DNA of 63,618 nt, filler included. It is 6 parts of 6 records of this genome, joined end to end, with 100 filler letters (N's around TTAATTAATTAA, not from the genome) between each part and the next. Parts side by side here need not be neighbours in the genome. Positions count along the whole stretch, not along the records: positions 15,403 to 37,821 come from SRR9188677_84; 5 more parts are not named here. One strand, given 5' to 3'. Below the pieces are notes generated by a model. The model was not told where the DNA came from. It was given only the letters and a program-made list of their open reading frames with translations, and ran no database searches. The position numbers and the translations under genes are program-made. Shown in pieces: positions 18,583 through 28,989 of the stretch (position 1 is the stretch's first letter; every line of letters starts with the position of its first letter).

Positions 18583-19341
18583 CTATAATGCAGTGATCCA
18601 TTTCCTGAAATCAATGGCACTTTCCTGGCTTACAATGATCTCTTCTGAAAGGGGAACCGTTAACTCTACGAGTATTTTAATCTTGTCATAAGACCGATAA
18701 GATTTCACAAAATCAATGTTGATGATAAATTTCCGGTTGGCCCGGTAAAATTTCTTCGGGTCCAGTTCTTCCTCCAGTTCTTTCAGGTTTTTATCTACGA
18801 GAAATTTTTTCCCATCCCTGGTTACAAGGAAACTGATCTTCTGTTCCGTATAAAAATAAGCCACTTCTTCCAGCAGGATACTTTGAAATTCGATCCCTTT
18901 TTTTACTACAATCCTTGATTTCCGGCTGGTATCTTTTTCTGAAATAAATTTCAGCAGGTTTTCGTGGTTATTCAGGAAATGATCTTTTAATGTCCTGTAT
19001 TTGGCGATGGCTTTGGACAGTTCCTGTTCGTTAATGGGTTTTAACAGGTATTCGATGCTGGTCTGTTCAAATGCTTGCACCATGAAATTATCAAACGCAG
19101 TGATAAAAATGATCGGTGCAGAGATTTTTACCCGTTCAAATATGCTGAAGGAAATTCCATCTTTCAGATGAATATCCATAAAAATCAGATCAGGTGTAGG
19201 ATTGGCCAGAAACCAGGCTACGGATTCTTCAACGGTTTCCAGTACGGCAATCACCGAAACAGGTTCTTTGGTTAACTGGATATGGTGAATAAGATTATCT
19301 GATGCTGTTTTTTCATCTTCAATAATTACTGCTTTGATCAT
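18583..19341 (-). CDS. LytTR-family response regulator
   Basis: REC domain (IIEDE, FMDI, TAF, LLKP) plus LytTR domain (FYRANRKFIIN). Confidence 0.92.
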   Translation of the reverse strand: MIKAVIIEDEKTASDNLIHHIQLTKEPVSVIAVLETVEESVAWFLANPTPDLIFMDIHLKDGISFSIFERVKISAPIIFITAFDNFMVQAFEQTSIEYLLKPINEQELSKAIAKYRTLKDHFLNNHENLLKFISEKDTSRKSRIVVKKGIEFQSILLEEVAYFYTEQKISFLVTRDGKKFLVDKNLKELEEELDPKKFYRANRKFIINIDFVKSYRSYDKIKILVELTVPLSEEIIVSQESAIDFRKWITAL

Positions 19342-19347
19342 AACCTA

Positions 19348-20382
19348 TTAGGATTTAAGGATGGGTAATGTTACGGTGAACCAGTCAGGTGTTTGCTGTA
19401 TGCTGATATTTTTATGTACAATCAATGAATATCGCTCGTTCAGGTTCGATAATCCGATTTTAGAGGATTGGATATCAAACTTTTTGAGATGACGGGGATT
19501 TACTACGGTGATAGCTTCTTCGGAAATGCTGATCTCTATGTCAAGATTTTTTTTATCTGAAAAATGATTATGCTTGATGGCATTTTCTATCAGGGTCTGC
19601 AAAGAAAGCGGGGGAATGAGATAGTCTTCCACACTGATATTATCCATCCGGATAACCATACTTAATCCCGTCTGGTAACGGATCTTGAGCAGGTAAAAAT
19701 AATTGCTGGCAAATTCAATCTCCTCTTTCAGTTGAATCAGGTCTTTTTCTTTATTCAAAAGAATATACCGGTACACTTTCGCAAGGGTATCGTTAAACAG
19801 CCTGGCTTTTTCAGGATTCTGGCTGATCAGGTAGGACAAAGTATTCAGAGAATTGAAAATAAAGTGAGGGTCTATTTGGCTTTTCAGTGCATCCAGTTGC
19901 GCCTGTACTTTCAGTTTTTCACTTCTTTCTACCTTTACCAGATCAGACTCCCTTTCCTTGTACAGGTACACAATCTCATAGATACTGCTGATCTGCAGGC
20001 TGATAACGGTGATAATAACCTGGCATCTCAACAGGTCTCCTGAACCAAAAAGGTTGTTTATAAAAAAACGATTCCATATTGTCAGGAGGATAAATGAAAA
20101 CCCCCAGCTTACCACCAGCGGAACGGCAAACCTGAGCGGAATCCGGATGTATAATTCTTTGATGGCGTATAAATAATGCCTGAGGGTCCGGTGTACAAAA
20201 CCACAGCCGTGCCAGATGCAAAAGGATATGCCTGTAAAATACAGGTAATGAAGCGATAAGCTATTCATACTGCCACCTGTAATGAATAAGAAACCCGACA
20301 GATGAAAGATCAATATCCCGGTGAGCGGTATACCAATCCATTTATACAGGGTATCGTTAACAGGTTGCAGGAGCGTATTCAT
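19348..20382 (-). CDS. LytS-type sensor histidine kinase
   Basis: N-terminal TMs; LKSQIDPHFIFNSLN; IENAIKHN; IGLSNL. Confidence 0.92.
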   Translation of the reverse strand: MNTLLQPVNDTLYKWIGIPLTGILIFHLSGFLFITGGSMNSLSLHYLYFTGISFCIWHGCGFVHRTLRHYLYAIKELYIRIPLRFAVPLVVSWGFSFILLTIWNRFFINNLFGSGDLLRCQVIITVISLQISSIYEIVYLYKERESDLVKVERSEKLKVQAQLDALKSQIDPHFIFNSLNTLSYLISQNPEKARLFNDTLAKVYRYILLNKEKDLIQLKEEIEFASNYFYLLKIRYQTGLSMVIRMDNISVEDYLIPPLSLQTLIENAIKHNHFSDKKNLDIEISISEEAITVVNPRHLKKFDIQSSKIGLSNLNERYSLIVHKNISIQQTPDWFTVTLPILKS

Positions 20383-20570
20383 TCACAGTAGTTGGTCATT
20401 ATAAGACAGTACAAAAGCCGGAAGTTCGAATTCATTCACAGCTTTTTTTTACCGTTCACATAATTTCACAAGCTTTTCGTATTTCCCCTTCTGCATGAAT
20501 AGGATTTCCGGAAAATAGAAACCTGTCAGTCCGGTTGTGTTTCTTAAGAAATTGATAATACAGAAAAATG

Positions 20571-20618
20571 TCAGTTCCTGATTTAATAGGTTCAGTTCAA
20601 AAAATTCATGGTTCGGTT
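20571..20618 (+). promoter_or_regulatory. Three TC(A/G)GTT direct repeats at 21-bp period, candidate LytTR boxes upstream of susC
   Basis: TCAGTT 20571, TCAGTT 20592, TCGGTT 20613; divergent LytTR two-component system. Confidence 0.5.
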
Positions 20619-20736
20619 ATTTATTGCCTTGTTCTCCTCCTGCTCAATTTACTTTTCTTGTCTGATTGATTCTGTGCATCCATTAAAAGAAACAGGCGCG
20701 CAGCTTTTTTTAAACATTTTCAAATTATCTATTACA

Positions 20737-23700
20737 ATGAGAAGACTTACAATGCTACTCGTGTGCATGGTACTGGCAGCCAGTCAGTTATTTGCACAAA
20801 ACCGTACCCTGACAGGTAAGGTTACCGATGACAAAGGCATACCTATCGCCAATGCATCTATCGTGGTAAAAGGTACTAGTACCGGTACCAATACAGATGC
20901 GGAAGGTAATTTTACCCTGACCGTGGCAGCTGCTGCCCGATCAATTGTTGTTACTTCACTGAATTTTGCGCAGCAGGAAATCTCTATTGCCGGTAAAACA
21001 AGTATTACCGTTTCGCTGAAACCGGCTACTGCGAGTCTGGATGATGTGGTAGTGATTGCTTATGGTACACAAAGCCGTGTGAGAACAACCGGTTCTACCA
21101 CCCGCCTGAATGGCGCAGAGTTTGCGAACCAGCCCTTAAGTTCCGTAGATGCGATGCTGCAGGGTAAATCTGCAGGTCTGCAATCTGTGGCAGCTTCCGG
21201 ACAGCCGGGTTCTTTAACACAGATCAGGATCCGTGGTATCGGGTCTTTTTCTGCGAGTTCTTCTCCCTTATTTATTATTGATGGAATTCCGGTTGCTACA
21301 GGAGACGGATCGCAGGTACTGACCAGCAGTAACCTTTTGGCGGGGCTGAATCCGAACGATATTGAAGACCTGACTGTATTGAAAGATGCGGCCGCAACTT
21401 CTATCTACGGTTCAAGGGCCGCGAATGGTGTGGTACTGATTACTACCAAAAACGGTAAAGCCGGAAAAGCAAAGTATAATTTTACCACCGAAGTAGGTAG
21501 TAATGATGTGGCTTATTTTCCTGCTATGGCCCAGCCGCTGAACAGAGCGGATTCCAGAGCCTTAACGATAGAAGGGTTGAGAAATATTGGTGCTACCCAG
21601 GCTGACATTGATCTGGTACTGGCTCAATATGGATATAACTCTACCGCTAATTATAACTGGCTTGATCTCGTTCGCAGAAAGGGAATTCAGCAGCAGGCGA
21701 ATGTGTCTGTATCGGGTGGTAGTAATGGAACTACTTTTTATGCGTCGGGTGGCTATTTCCGCCAGCAATCACCGGTAATCGGTTCTGATTTTAAAAGATA
21801 TTCCGGAACGCTGAAAGGTACTTTTAAGGCATCGGAAAAACTGAGTTTTAATGCAGGTGCCAATGTTAGCACATTTAACCAGATCGGCGAATCAGAGGGT
21901 AGCAGTTTCCGTAACCCTATCATTGCGGCACTGGCATTACGTCCTTCGCAGGAAGCCTATAAAGCAGATGGTTCACCTGAGTACTCAAGAACCATTTTTG
22001 AGCAGCTGTATAATCCGCTGGCCATCAATATGTATGATAAAAAGAATAATAATACCAGCAAAGTATTGGCTAATGCAGGATTGCTGTATAAAATTATTCC
22101 ATCGCTGAATTTCAAAGCCAATTATGGTCTTGACTATTCAAACATTGAAGAAACCCAATACAACAACCCTTTCTTTGGTGACTCCAGAGCCCCAATCAAC
22201 GGTTATTTTTCTGCGGCTTACCGTCGGATTTTTAACTATGTATTTTCTACTACTGTTGACTATAACAAAAGATTCTTTGATAATAAACTTGATGTGAACC
22301 TGCTGGTTGGTCATGAGAACCAGAAAACAGTTAACACAAATATTTTCACAAGTGGTACCGGGGTTCCTTTAACAAGCTCTATTACATATCCGAATGTATC
22401 TGTACCTAATTCTACCCAGCCAATTGCACAGACGGATAACAGTATTGAGTCTTATCTGTCAAGGGCTTTATTAACCTACGATAACAGGTTTAACCTGAGT
22501 TTAAGTTTCCGCCGTGATGGTTCTTCCCGTTTTGCAGAAGGCCGTCGTTGGGGTAGTTTCTGGTCTGTAGGTGGATCATGGAATGTTGACCGTGAGAAAT
22601 TCTTTGAATCTGTAACTGCCTTCTCTTACCTGAAACTAAGAGGTTCTTTCGGAACATCCGGTAACAATACATTTGGCGATTATGTGGCACGTCCAACGTA
22701 TACATTCGGTAATACTACCGGTGCCGCCAATGGATTAGGTGCATCAGGTACTTACAATGGCCAGCCAGCCAGTGCGCCGGCAAACGTAGGTAATCCTACC
22801 CTCACATGGGAAAAGAACAAGTCTTTTGAAGTGGGTATTGAAGCGGGTCTTCTTAAAAACAGAATCACATTTGATGCAGGTTACTACTACCGTAAAACCT
22901 ATGACCTGCTGCTCAACGAGCCACTTTCTTCCAGTGTAGGTTTCCAGTCGTTTGGTAACAATATAGGTTCTATGGAGAACAGAGGTTTTGAGTTGACAAT
23001 GAATTTTGTGCCGGTTCAAACCAAAGATTTCCGTTGGGATATCGGTTTCAATGCAGCCTGGAATAAGAACAAGATTCTTTCCCTGTCAGCATCCGGTGCA
23101 GATATTCTGGCTGCCGCCAGTCAGATCAGGAGAGTGGGTAGAGACTTCCAGTCTATTTATGTAAGATCATGGGCAGGTGCAGACCCAGCCACCGGTAACC
23201 CGCTTTGGTATGTAGATGAAACCAAGGCTGCCACTACCAGCAATGTGAACAATGCTTTAAGAGGTATTGTAGGTTCTGCGTCTCCCAAAGGTTTTGGTGG
23301 CGCCAATACTTCTTTGAAGTATAAAAACTTCTCTGTAGCCGCTAATTTCTACTTCCAGTATGGCAACCTCCTGAATGATAACTGGGGTTTTCTTTATACC
23401 AGCGATGGAGCACTGCCTAACCTGAACAAGAACCAGAAACAATTGAGAAGATGGCAGAAGCCAGGCGATATCACCGATATCCCACGTTACGATTTCAATA
23501 ATGCTACCGCTTCTAATGCCAATTCTACCCGTTACTTCTACAAAGGAGATTTCATCCGGTTACGCAGTCTGACTGTATCCTATGAACTGCCGGCAGTATT
23601 GGTGAAAAAATGGGATATCAGCGGTTTGAGTTTTTACGTAAGAGGAAATAATATCTGGACAAAAACTTATGATCCGAATATTGCCATGGATCCCGAGCAG

Positions 23701-23775
23701 CCTATCAATGGGTTAGCCAATAACCAGTTCTTTATTCCTAAATCTTACACCGTAGGTATCAACCTTACTTTCTAA
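20737..23775 (+). CDS. SusC/RagA TonB-dependent receptor
   Basis: Start at ATG 20737 (signal peptide); LKDAAATSIYGSRAANGVVLITTK plug motif; C-terminal F. Confidence 0.95.
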   Translation: MRRLTMLLVCMVLAASQLFAQNRTLTGKVTDDKGIPIANASIVVKGTSTGTNTDAEGNFTLTVAAAARSIVVTSLNFAQQEISIAGKTSITVSLKPATASLDDVVVIAYGTQSRVRTTGSTTRLNGAEFANQPLSSVDAMLQGKSAGLQSVAASGQPGSLTQIRIRGIGSFSASSSPLFIIDGIPVATGDGSQVLTSSNLLAGLNPNDIEDLTVLKDAAATSIYGSRAANGVVLITTKNGKAGKAKYNFTTEVGSNDVAYFPAMAQPLNRADSRALTIEGLRNIGATQADIDLVLAQYGYNSTANYNWLDLVRRKGIQQQANVSVSGGSNGTTFYASGGYFRQQSPVIGSDFKRYSGTLKGTFKASEKLSFNAGANVSTFNQIGESEGSSFRNPIIAALALRPSQEAYKADGSPEYSRTIFEQLYNPLAINMYDKKNNNTSKVLANAGLLYKIIPSLNFKANYGLDYSNIEETQYNNPFFGDSRAPINGYFSAAYRRIFNYVFSTTVDYNKRFFDNKLDVNLLVGHENQKTVNTNIFTSGTGVPLTSSITYPNVSVPNSTQPIAQTDNSIESYLSRALLTYDNRFNLSLSFRRDGSSRFAEGRRWGSFWSVGGSWNVDREKFFESVTAFSYLKLRGSFGTSGNNTFGDYVARPTYTFGNTTGAANGLGASGTYNGQPASAPANVGNPTLTWEKNKSFEVGIEAGLLKNRITFDAGYYYRKTYDLLLNEPLSSSVGFQSFGNNIGSMENRGFELTMNFVPVQTKDFRWDIGFNAAWNKNKILSLSASGADILAAASQIRRVGRDFQSIYVRSWAGADPATGNPLWYVDETKAATTSNVNNALRGIVGSASPKGFGGANTSLKYKNFSVAANFYFQYGNLLNDNWGFLYTSDGALPNLNKNQKQLRRWQKPGDITDIPRYDFNNATASNANSTRYFYKGDFIRLRSLTVSYELPAVLVKKWDISGLSFYVRGNNIWTKTYDPNIAMDPEQPINGLANNQFFIPKSYTVGINLTF

Positions 23776-23782
23776 ACTAAAA

Positions 23783-25210
23783 ATGACAATGAAGATGAAA
23801 AAAATCATTTATATCCTCACTTTTACTGCAGGCAGTTACTTGGTAACCGGCTGTAAGAAAAGTTACCTGGATCTGAAACCTTACGATCAGGTGGCACTAG
23901 ACATCGCCATTACGACAGAAGGTGATATGCAGGCTGCAACCAACGGTATTTATTCGGGTCTACGTAATAATACGCTGTATGGTAGAGATATTCAGTTGCG
24001 TGCTGATTTATTGGCTGATAATATATATATATCAGCTACTAACTCTAACCGGTTCATTGAATATTTCCAGGTGAATTACAATGCGCTTTCTGCAAGTGTA
24101 TCCGGTAACTGGAACAGTTCTTATGCAACTATCCTGCGGGCCAATAATGTGATCAACAGTGCGCTTACAGGTAATGCCAATATTAACCAATACCGTGGTG
24201 AGGCCCTTGCCATGCGCGCTTTGGTATATTTTGACCTGGTGAAACAATATGCGAAACCATATGCTGCTGCAACAGCTGCTACAGATCTGGGTGTGCCATT
24301 GGTGCTGACCTATGATCCAACTGTAAAACCTAAAAGAAATACAGTTCAGGAAGTATATGACCAGATTGAGAAAGACCTGCAGGCCGCCATTCCTTTGTTA
24401 ACAGACAGGGCGCCTTATTCTGCAGGCTATGCCAATAAAAACACTGCCAAAGCTTTATTGGCCAGATTGTACCAGTTCAAAGGCGATTGGACAAAAGCGC
24501 TTACTAATGCACAGGATGTGATCAACAATGGAGGTTACTCGTTAACCACTTTGGCTAATTATGCGGCCTATTGGGCCAATACGAACCTTCGTACAGACAA
24601 GCAGGAAACCATTTTTGAGTTAGGTTTTGATCCCAATGGTAATGCGGGTCTTGAGTCACTTCCTTATTTCTTTTCACAGGTAGGGTATGGAGATGGTTTG
24701 GCTACAGACGAGTTGTTTCAAACTTACAGTCCAACCGATCTCAGAAGGGCATTAATGGTAGATGCAGTTCGTGGCGGAAAGAATGTAAAAGTGATCAACA
24801 AATATCCTAATAACAATAACTACACCATCAAAGTAGTTCGTTTGTCGGAAGTGTATCTGATAGCAGCAGAAGCATCCTATCAAACAGGTAATATTGCCCA
24901 GGCGCTTACTTATGTGAATCAGGTTGCTTCCCGCAGGGATGCTGCTTTTGCAGGATATGCTTCTGCAGGTGCACAGGTGCTGGAAGATATCCTTACAGAA
25001 AGAAGGAAGGAGCTGGCTTTTGAAGGACATCGTTACTGGGACCTCGCCCGTTATAACAGGGATGTGGTACGTGTGAATGTGAATGGTAACTATCCGGGTA
25101 ATGTTCTGTTAACCATTGCCAAGGATAATTTCAGAAGAATATTGCCGATTCCGCAGACTGAGCTGGATGCCAATCCCAACATCAAACCTCAACAGAATTC
25201 AGGGTATTAA
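23783..25210 (+). CDS. SusD/RagB lipoprotein
   Basis: Lipobox VTGC; RLSEVYLIAAEA; ERRKELAFEGHRYWDL; LPIP...QNSGY. Confidence 0.95.
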   Translation: MTMKMKKIIYILTFTAGSYLVTGCKKSYLDLKPYDQVALDIAITTEGDMQAATNGIYSGLRNNTLYGRDIQLRADLLADNIYISATNSNRFIEYFQVNYNALSASVSGNWNSSYATILRANNVINSALTGNANINQYRGEALAMRALVYFDLVKQYAKPYAAATAATDLGVPLVLTYDPTVKPKRNTVQEVYDQIEKDLQAAIPLLTDRAPYSAGYANKNTAKALLARLYQFKGDWTKALTNAQDVINNGGYSLTTLANYAAYWANTNLRTDKQETIFELGFDPNGNAGLESLPYFFSQVGYGDGLATDELFQTYSPTDLRRALMVDAVRGGKNVKVINKYPNNNNYTIKVVRLSEVYLIAAEASYQTGNIAQALTYVNQVASRRDAAFAGYASAGAQVLEDILTERRKELAFEGHRYWDLARYNRDVVRVNVNGNYPGNVLLTIAKDNFRRILPIPQTELDANPNIKPQQNSGY

Positions 25211-25241
25211 TGATTAATTCCCCCAGTGTAGTACAAAACAG

Positions 25242-25273
25242 GAAATGCCACTATCGTAAGATGGTGGCATTTC
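25242..25273. terminator. Terminator hairpin between convergent genes
   Basis: GAAATGCCACTATC-gtaa-GATGGTGGCATTTC. Confidence 0.7.
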
Positions 25274-25319
25274 GCTTTTAGCCCCTAGCGGACTGACTGA
25301 TTGATATTCAGCGAATGAA

Positions 25320-26411
25320 TTAGTTAACTGCTTTACTGAGGTCTATTTCAAGCCGGATAGTAAACATGTTTTCTTCTATGATGATATTCATCTTATAACT
25401 CCCCGGATACATAAGATCAAGCCGTTTGCGCATTTGCTGTAAAGTAGATGTTTCATAATTCAACAGATTTGATGTTTCTACAGGCTTGCTGTTCTTAACC
25501 TGCAGGATAATACGGCTGCCTTCTATACTGATGGACAAACTGGTCCAGTGTTTATCGGTAATATTATCGCTTACCTGTCTGAAATTACTTTCCACAAAAG
25601 GGAAGAGGATATAGGGAACAATCCGCAGCTCTCCGGGATTGCCAGAAAGATCAAACTGCAGTGTTAAACGATCTGTACTGGTTAACCTTTCCAGTTGAAC
25701 AAAATGCTGGATACTGTCAATCTCATGCGAAAGCAGTACAGTTGGTTGGTTACACTCATCTATCAGGTAGGTAAGGATCTGTTGCAGTTTTCCCAGCATT
25801 TCCGGTACTTTATTGGTGCCTGAGAAGGAGTAAGAATGAATCTTTTTTAATAGCAAAGGCAAAAAACTAGGCTGGATCTGACTATCGATAAATTTGAGTT
25901 CCCTGCTGATCTTTTCTGACTTTACGAGATAGAGTTCCTGTTTTTTAATATTCCAGTACTTAAAGAACTTGATTGATACGGCTGTACCCGTAATCATCAA
26001 TACACCATTCAATCCACGTAGCAGATCGGTAAGGGCGATATATTTGAATTCGGCTAATCCATAAAACTTTCTGAGCGGGTTTACCAGCCAGGTATAAAAA
26101 TAACTGGAGAGTGAGGCATCCAGTAACAGGAACAGGCCCAGAAATAAAAAGAAACCCATGTATTTTTCCTGCAACAACAATTTGGGAAGTAACAGGTACA
26201 GCACAGCATAACAGAAGAGCATATCTACCGAAAGGGTGATCAGCATTTCTAGAATCGTGTATTGTAAATGAGCCGCGTACCCAATAGAGCTTGTTCCGCC
26301 ACGCTGGCTATAGATTAACGTAAAGTAGAATATCCAGGCCATCCAGAAAACAAAGTGTCTGAAAAGCCGGAATCGCGGGTTGTTTGAATACACAAACGAG
26401 TGTGTGGTCAT
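25320..26411 (-). CDS. LytS-like membrane protein lacking the catalytic His and N-box (pseudo-histidine kinase)
   Basis: Four TMs, then DSQIQPSFL in place of KxQIxPHF and VESNFRQ in place of VENAFKH. Confidence 0.75.
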   Translation of the reverse strand: MTTHSFVYSNNPRFRLFRHFVFWMAWIFYFTLIYSQRGGTSSIGYAAHLQYTILEMLITLSVDMLFCYAVLYLLLPKLLLQEKYMGFFLFLGLFLLLDASLSSYFYTWLVNPLRKFYGLAEFKYIALTDLLRGLNGVLMITGTAVSIKFFKYWNIKKQELYLVKSEKISRELKFIDSQIQPSFLPLLLKKIHSYSFSGTNKVPEMLGKLQQILTYLIDECNQPTVLLSHEIDSIQHFVQLERLTSTDRLTLQFDLSGNPGELRIVPYILFPFVESNFRQVSDNITDKHWTSLSISIEGSRIILQVKNSKPVETSNLLNYETSTLQQMRKRLDLMYPGSYKMNIIIEENMFTIRLEIDLSKAVN

Positions 26412-26817
26412 AACGGGGGATTATCTCATGTGCAATAAATATTCCAATCGGAAATTAATTATTTATATAGACTTTGATTGAATTTTATTACAAACAACCA
26501 AAGTAGGTACAAACTTCGGTGAACGGCCTGGTTGAAGCTGGTTGAAGCGGGCTGCTGGACAGGAATAGGCTAAACTTTCCTTCCATAGGGAAAAGAAAAA
26601 AGCGGGCAAGAATACCCGCTCGGTATGTTGTTGTTTCCCTAAACTAAAAACTGAATAACAACATGAGAAAATTGTACTGTAAAAGTTCCCTTTTTTCTCT
26701 GTATGTAAAAATTTATGATCCTGAACCCTGAATTTGTCTGTATGAAATCCCTGTTTTGCTTACTGAACAAAACAGGGATATGGCAACAGCAGGTAAAAGT
26801 GTTTTATGAAATCGTTT

Positions 26818-28872
26818 TTACTCAACCGGTAATGACTCTTCAGGCTCTCCAAACACATAGTGGTTAAACCAAAGCCAGTTATGCCAGATGGCCGCCAGTC
26901 TTTCTTTGGGTTTGGTAATGCCATGCCCAAAACCTTTATAAACAACCAGCTTCGAAGGAATATGCCTGTCCTGAAGACCTCTGTATAACTCAAAGGCGTT
27001 AGATATGGGTACCCTTTTATCAAATTCACCATGTTGTATTAAGGTGGGGGTACTGGCTTTGTTGATATTGGTCATGGGTGAGGTTTTCTGATAGATTTCC
27101 ATATCCTCCCAAGGGGTGGCTTTCAGGTACTGGCGGGTAAAGGGGGTGATATCTGTACTGACATAATAAGTGATCCAGTTAGAAATGCCTGCACCCACCG
27201 AAATGGCTTTAAACAGAGTTGTATGGGTGGTAAGAAAAGCAGAAATATAACCTCCCTGGCTCCAACCCATACAACCCATTCTGGACGTATCAATAAATCC
27301 TTTTTTTTGTAATGATTCAATCCCAGTTACTACATCCCACATATCGCCCACGCCGAGATTACGAACATTCAGTGATCTGAATTTTTCGCCATAACCCGCA
27401 CTGCCGCGGTAATTAACCCGTAATACCAATGCGCCTTTTTCAACCCATTGCATCACAGGATACACGCCACCAGGTGTGGGCTCGGGCCGGTCTATACCGG
27501 TAGGGCCACCGTGAATCATTACCAACAAGGGATATTTTTTAGCAGGATCAAAATTGCGCGGCTTTAGTAACACCCCTTCAATACTGGCCCCATCTTTACT
27601 CTTCCATTCAACAATCTCATTTACAGGTGTGTTCCAGTTACTGATCTGTGTATTGGTACTAGTTATTTTTTTCCAGTTGCCTTCCCATGTGCCGTAATAA
27701 ATTTCGTTGAGATCTGTAAAGTTTCTGCCGGCAATGGCAATCAGATCGCTCTTACGGGCAAAACTGATAGTACCGGTATTCTCTAATGGTACAGATAATT
27801 CTTTGCTGATTCCTGTCTGCGGATCCATCCGATAAACAGCAGTCTTCATTTTTTGGGAGGCGCCGAAGTAAATCCCTTTTTCATTCCACGTATAAATGCT
27901 TTTGTTTTCATCGATAGCAGCGCCTATTTCGCGGCTTTTTTTGGTTGACAGATTATAAATAAACAAACGACCATTCCTGAAAAAATTACTGACAGAATCA
28001 TTTACCGAACTCCGGTAAATAAAGGCACTACCATCTGGTGCCCATTCTGTTAATCCATCGCTGCTGGGGTTGCTGATCAATGTTTCGGTTTTTTTTGTTG
28101 AGATATCAACCAATACGATATCGCTGTATAAAGAGGAGTTGATCAGCGGATTGGGTTGTTTGTTAAAGAGAATAGCGTTACCTGTTGGACTCCATGAAAA
28201 ACCAGACACCGTAAAATTTCCATCGGTCAGTTTTTTGGCTACCGGTATTTTATAGCAATCCGGTTTCCGGTTTGTAGAATCTTTGTCTGTGTAACAGGGG
28301 TATAAACCTGCGAGCAGAACAGAATCATAGTTGAAGGGCAATAGCCAGAGATGACTCAACTTGTATTCTTCTCCTTCCACCGCAAATGCGCCGTACCTTT
28401 CTTTCATGGTTTTTTCTTTCCGGCTATCCGGATCTGCTTTTGTATAAGCCAGCTGCCGGCCATTCGGGCTCCACTCATAGCCACCAATGCCATCTTCATC
28501 TTTGGTGATCTGTAACGCTTCGCCACCATCTACGCGTATCAGGTAAAGCTGCGTTTTCTCTCCTCTGTCGGATAAAAAACTGATGAATTGATTATCCGGC
28601 GTAAATGCCGGCGAACTGCTGCTGCCTTTACTGGTGCGGGTTAACTGTAGAGGCGTTCCCCCTTCTTTGGATAACCAGATCTCACTGTCATAACCATTAC
28701 TGGTCCAGTCGGTAGAAGTTAGGGTATAGGCAATGTATTTTCCATTGGGCGAGATCACCGGTGTGCCCACCTGTTTCAGGCTTAACCATTTTTCGAAAGC
28801 GATGGACGCATTTTTTTGGGCATTACTGAGAAAGGAAACCAATCCCAGACAGAAAACCAGGCAGTATTTCAT
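26818..28872 (-). CDS. S9 family (dipeptidyl/acylaminoacyl) peptidase
   Basis: Beta-propeller repeats; HGGP; GWSQGG nucleophile; HGEFDKRV; GHG. Confidence 0.92.
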   Translation of the reverse strand: MKYCLVFCLGLVSFLSNAQKNASIAFEKWLSLKQVGTPVISPNGKYIAYTLTSTDWTSNGYDSEIWLSKEGGTPLQLTRTSKGSSSSPAFTPDNQFISFLSDRGEKTQLYLIRVDGGEALQITKDEDGIGGYEWSPNGRQLAYTKADPDSRKEKTMKERYGAFAVEGEEYKLSHLWLLPFNYDSVLLAGLYPCYTDKDSTNRKPDCYKIPVAKKLTDGNFTVSGFSWSPTGNAILFNKQPNPLINSSLYSDIVLVDISTKKTETLISNPSSDGLTEWAPDGSAFIYRSSVNDSVSNFFRNGRLFIYNLSTKKSREIGAAIDENKSIYTWNEKGIYFGASQKMKTAVYRMDPQTGISKELSVPLENTGTISFARKSDLIAIAGRNFTDLNEIYYGTWEGNWKKITSTNTQISNWNTPVNEIVEWKSKDGASIEGVLLKPRNFDPAKKYPLLVMIHGGPTGIDRPEPTPGGVYPVMQWVEKGALVLRVNYRGSAGYGEKFRSLNVRNLGVGDMWDVVTGIESLQKKGFIDTSRMGCMGWSQGGYISAFLTTHTTLFKAISVGAGISNWITYYVSTDITPFTRQYLKATPWEDMEIYQKTSPMTNINKASTPTLIQHGEFDKRVPISNAFELYRGLQDRHIPSKLVVYKGFGHGITKPKERLAAIWHNWLWFNHYVFGEPEESLPVE

Positions 28873-28989
28873 ATTAGTATTTTTGGTTACCCAATATACA
28901 CAATCAGCCCTGCATCCTATAGTGTTTTCAGCTGCCTGGCTGTTTTTGGAATATATTGAATAAATTGGCTCCTCAAATCATTCCACCAC

